A stretch of 64,000 nucleotides of DNA, taken from contig JAMDHS010000001.1 in NCBI GenBank assembly GCA_029717555.1, positions 248,001 through 312,000 of the forward strand, given 5' to 3'. Positions within the stretch are counted from its first letter, which is position 1; every line of letters begins with the position of its first letter. This DNA is from Peribolospora baueri (lineage: Eukaryota). A program made the position numbers and the translations under genes. The notes beneath the pieces were generated by a model. The model saw only the letters and a list, made by a program, of their open reading frames with translations. It was not told the DNA's origin and did not search any database. Shown piece after piece: positions 60,101-64,000 of this stretch.

Positions 60101-61698
60101 ATAGGACACGCGGATTTTGACCGGCTGATTGGGGGGACAGTGCTCGAGGTACCAGTTCTTGATCAGAGGCACGTCCTCTGCCCTCCGCATCCTCCCGCTC
60201 CTGCGCTGATACGGGTGCGGAGCCCACCACAAAGCGATCGCGTCCCCGGTGAGGTCGTTGGCCAGTTCCTTGTCTTCCAAAAACGCCTCCATCGTCTCCG
60301 GCAGCTCGAAATCCTCGTCCTCCTCCACGTCCTCGCCGAACACCTCATCCTCGTACGCCAACCCGCCCGCGGAGACGACGGACGCGGCCAGACCGCGAGT
60401 GGAGATCGGGTTGATGACGGGGTCGAAGTAGAACGCGGGCAAGTCCGGGTCCTCGCTCTTGATGTATACGTTCTTCGGCGAGTGGTACTGGCCGATGTGG
60501 ACGCTGCGAGGTCGGGAGTTGTAAAGGTGCGGGAAAGCGACCTTGTACTCGGTGCGGATCTGCTGCCGGATGATGATCTTGTTGATGTCGTTAAACTCGT
60601 TCCAGTCGTCATCGTAGCCCTCGACGTCCTTGTACAAAGGCTCGAACTTGGGGCCTCCCGGAATGGCCATGTTGAGAGCTTTGGCGGTGAAGAAGCTCTT
60701 GTCGTCAAAGAGGTACCAATAGTTCTGGTCCGTGGCAAAGTCAGACAGCAGCGTCGCGCCGAGACGGTAGAGGTTGCTCATCTGAGGCAAGTCGAGCGAC
60801 CAAAACTTGTAGCTGGGACCGTTGACGTGGAGGGGGTTGTTGGAGAGAGGTTCGGGATCGTAGAACCACTCGAAGATCGCGCTGTCCTCCTCCTCGTCGA
60901 GATCGAGTTGAATCGCCTCGAGCGGTTCGACGTCGAGGATGTTGTCGCCGTAGTCCGTCGGCGGCTCCTCGTCGTCAAAGGGCGGAAACCTCATCCGCTT
61001 AAAGTGCCTCCTATCTCTTTTCTCCCTCCTCATCGCCAGCCACATCGTGCTCCATTGGGCGTGAAAGACGGGCTCGATGACCCTGGGGACCTTGTTGACG
61101 AAGGTGATGGCGCCGGTGATGTGGTACAACACTGGAACCTCTCGAACCTGCTCCCACGGCATGGGCATGTTCTCAAGGAGCTTGAGGACCGCGTGCGGGA
61201 CGTACTTAAGCGCGCCGAGGTGGACGCGCTTGTCGTTCCGGAACTTGCGGTTGGACATGTCGCCGTGATCCTTGATGATCTTGCGCACATGTTCTGGAGG
61301 CATTTCCTGTCAAAGAAAGCAAGAACGATCAAGGTGAGAGGCCAGAAGATATCGGAGAAGGGGTGGGGCGCCGCGTGCGCGCATGAGTCCGCCGTCCATC
61401 CGTCCTCCCCGACAAGCTCTTCGGTACGGCGGGCGATGGGGAGCGCCACCATTCGCAATTCAGCGGCCTGGCCGGCCCAACTCACCTGCTTGCCCGTGTC
61501 CACCACAGCAGTCTTGCCCTTCCTGTCGCCGTATCTCCTGCTCTGCATCTGCGCCCATTTGCGCGACTTGGCCAGGAGTTGCGCGTCCGTCATCAGCGGC
61601 GGTTCGCCAGGCTGGGCGCGGATGTCGGGCATCATGGTGCGCGAGGTCGTCGGCTCGCTCGGTGGGGGTCCCACGTAGCCCGGCGGAGGGGCCGCCAT
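54153..61698 (-). CDS. PRP8: Pre-mRNA splicing factor Prp8, 5 exons, no intein at the usual site
   Basis: [86 protein letters not shown]-terminal MPN-like domain; four GT-AG introns. Confidence 0.98.
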
Positions 61699-62124
61699 TT
61701 TTTCTCGTGTCAGTGGAGTTAAGGTTGTGTGCCAGTCGTCAGAGAGGAAACTTGGAGCTGGAACTGGAATAAGACGTATGATCTGGGTGACGAGAGGACG
61801 ATGGGCAGGAGATACGAGGCAAGGAGAAGGAGAAGAAGAGGGTGGGCGAGAAGATGATGGTGATGGTCACCGTGCCGAGTGGCGACGACAAGTGATCTCG
61901 GGCATGGCTACAAGAGCCGAGCGCGCCACGTGCGGAAGGCGTGCGGAACGGGTGATCGGCCTCGCGCACGCCGCGCGCGCACGCCTCCGACCCGGTCTAT
62001 CTGATCGATGATGACCACCGAGCCCGCCTCGCCTCGTCCTAGTTTCCCGTCCATCCCTCCTCCTTCACTCAGACTGGCCATAGTTCTCCGACGACGTCCA
62101 ACGAAACGAGACCTCGAACGCGAC

Positions 62125-63096
62125 ATGTCCGACTTGCACGACGCTCCCATGTCTGACGCTGGAGCGGGCCCGTCGGCGTCGGCGTCGCCGTCAGCGCCAA
62201 ACGCGCCCGGGCCGACGGGCGCATCGGCTCTGTCGTCCGGCAGCGCGCCCCCGAACGTCGTCCAGGCGCCCACGCCGACGGCGGTAGGGACGACGAGTAG
62301 GGGGGTGGGAGGTGCTCCCGTAGACGTCTCGACGCCTCCCACGTCCGAGAACGAGGCCGAGGCCGAGGACGAGGACGAGGACGAGGAAGACGATGACATG
62401 CCGCCGGCGGAGAGGATGAATGAGGGTCGGGGTCTGGACGACGTGGAGGGCGGTTCGGACGTGGACATGCCGTCGGTGGAGGACGAGGCGATGAGAACCT
62501 TGCGCGGAGGAACCTGGCCGGAGGGGACGGGTACGGAGACGGGGCGGCAGGGAGGGGGAAGGGGAGGGGGAGGGGGAGGGTCGGTCGTGTCTGGGCAGCG
62601 TGACGGGCGGAAGGGGAGGAGTAGGCGTTATCGAGTGCACGGCGGCGGACGGGCGGAGGGACAGGGCGGACTGGATTGGGGTGGTGGTGCCGGTCTGATG
62701 GAGAGGCGAGTGGAAGAGAAGGTAAGCAGGCGCGAAGGGCGCGAAGGGTCCAGCGAGGGTCGGCCAATTCTTACGGAATGTAATGGAAATGCGAAAAAGC
62801 GAGCGGTCTGACACGTTTTTTCCCCACGTTTTCGGCTGTCCCAGCTGTTGGACGAAAAGATTCGGGAGCGCTACATCCAAGGTGAGACCTCGCTTCCGTC
62901 GTTATTTCCTCCCATCCATCGCAGCTGGAGAGCGGCGATCGCATCTCCTCTCCTCGTTCATGCACCGTCGCGCGGCGGGAGGCTGATGTCGCCAACTCGC
63001 ACCGTTTGTTTGCGTCCCCGTCGTCGTGCAGAGATTGGCGACCCTTTCGACGAGCCGCCCACGACGGTGACGGTGACGTTGTCGTCGTCGTCGTGA
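62125..63096 (+). CDS. Hypothetical acidic low-complexity protein, 3 exons
   Basis: Exons 62125-62721, 62845-62881 and 63032-63096 join in frame via GTAAGC..CAG and GTGAGA..CAG introns, giving C-terminal EEKLLDEKIRERYIQEIGDPFDE. Confidence 0.6.
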
Positions 63097-63299
63097 CGCG
63101 CGCAATCGCTACCTTTTTTTTTTTTTTTTTTTTTTTTCTTCCTTTCTACATCATCCTCCTCCAAACGACCCACGTCACGTCCGCAACCGTCTGCCTGCCG
63201 CATTCCATGTACCACTACAACATGCCGTGTATACCCACCGACAGACGTCCGACGTCTCTGTCGTCTATCCCATCTTCATCGCGTCCTTCCAGCGTCGCC

Positions 63300-64000
63300 T
63301 CAAGGCTGATGAGAGACCTTAAGATCGGCGAGGTCGACGACGTTGAAGAAGATATCCCAAAAGCGGGGGACCTGATGATCATCATCATGATGGAAAAGCA
63401 GGACGCGGATGATGGGGACCGAGAAACTGGGAAGAAAGCGCACCGCGCCGCCAGGTAGCCAGGTAGGACCGATAGGACTCACGTCGAGCTCCTCAGCGAC
63501 CCATACGTTCCTTCCTCCCGTGGCCCAACCAAGGTCACCTTTGGGATGGGTATAATCCCACAAGTCGACGACGGTGGCGCCCATCGTGAGGCCGTTGGCG
63601 CAGTCGACGTCTACGCGGTACCTCTTGCCGCGCAGCAGGGTCGGGTCGATGATGTAGGCCGCGGTGAGGGCGTCGTGGAGGGGCGGGCCGGAGGTGAAGT
63701 GGAAGGTGGAGGCGTAGGTGGAAGCGAAGTAGGTCATGGCAGTGGAGAGGACGGTGCGGAGGGTGGAGAGCGAGGGGGCGGAGTCGGAGACGGAAGGAGA
63801 AGGGCGCAAGAGACGGCGGTGGAGTTCGGGGGTGAAGATGGCGGTGTGGGTGACGTTGAGGCCGATCATGACCACAGGTACGGGGGCGGCGTATACGATC
63901 GACGCGGCTTCGGGGTCGACGAGGATGTTGAACTCTGCAAGGCGACGCGCACATGGAATGCGGCGCGGAGGTGATGGATAAGATCGATGGGGCGACGGAT
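63300..64000 (-). CDS. Inosine/uridine-preferring nucleoside hydrolase (URH1-like), 3' part only
   Basis: EFNILVDPEAA, VVMIGLNVTH, GPPLHDALTAAY..DP, RVDVDC..GLTMGATVVD, VPRFWDIFF. 63935-64000 is intronic and the 5' end lies outside the window. Confidence 0.9.
   Translation of the reverse strand, partial: PSPHRSYPSPPRRIPCARRLAEFNILVDPEAASIVYAAPVPVVMIGLNVTHTAIFTPELHRRLLRPSPSVSDSAPSLSTLRTVLSTAMTYFASTYASTFHFTSGPPLHDALTAAYIIDPTLLRGKRYRVDVDCANGLTMGATVVDLWDYTHPKGDLGWATGGRNVWVAEELDVSPIGPTWLPGGAVRFLPSFSVPIIRVLLFHHDDDHQVPRFWDIFFNVVDLADLKVSHQP

Noticed and set aside
54960..61678. Long plus-strand ORFs (484, 353, 428, 983 aa) antisense to PRP8
   Set aside because: Shadow frames expected from high GC3 codon bias; no recognisable domains.

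Overview
Eukaryotic, GC-rich, intron-rich fungal nuclear DNA (basidiomycete by protein style and GT(G/A)AG(T/C) donors; finer taxonomy not determined). The first ~5 kb is accessory DNA: a decayed MULE/SWIM-type transposase split across opposite strands, LTR-like insertions, an intron-containing tRNA-Val(AAC) and a short AT-rich island that reads as a mitochondrial GIY-YIG fragment (NUMT). The rest is a dense run of spliced genes: TMEM41/DedA-like, DPH1, a multi-TM protein, RAD5 in tandem with a second Rad5/16-family SNF2-RING helicase, SEC3, an F-box/JmjC protein, a mitochondrial PPR-like protein, a bZIP factor, CDK11 (PITSLRE), SER1, an orphan Gln/Met-rich protein, a probable remote WTAP/Mum2 homologue, a secreted GH18 chitinase, PRP8 (no intein at the usual site), a small acidic protein and the 3' part of a nucleoside hydrolase. 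I did not find a clearly new multi-gene system. The best leads are the WTAP/Mum2-like gene, the tandem helicases, the TE/NUMT/tRNA cluster and recurrent non-canonical splice sites. All family calls come from recognising motifs by eye, not from database searches. Exon boundaries were read by hand.
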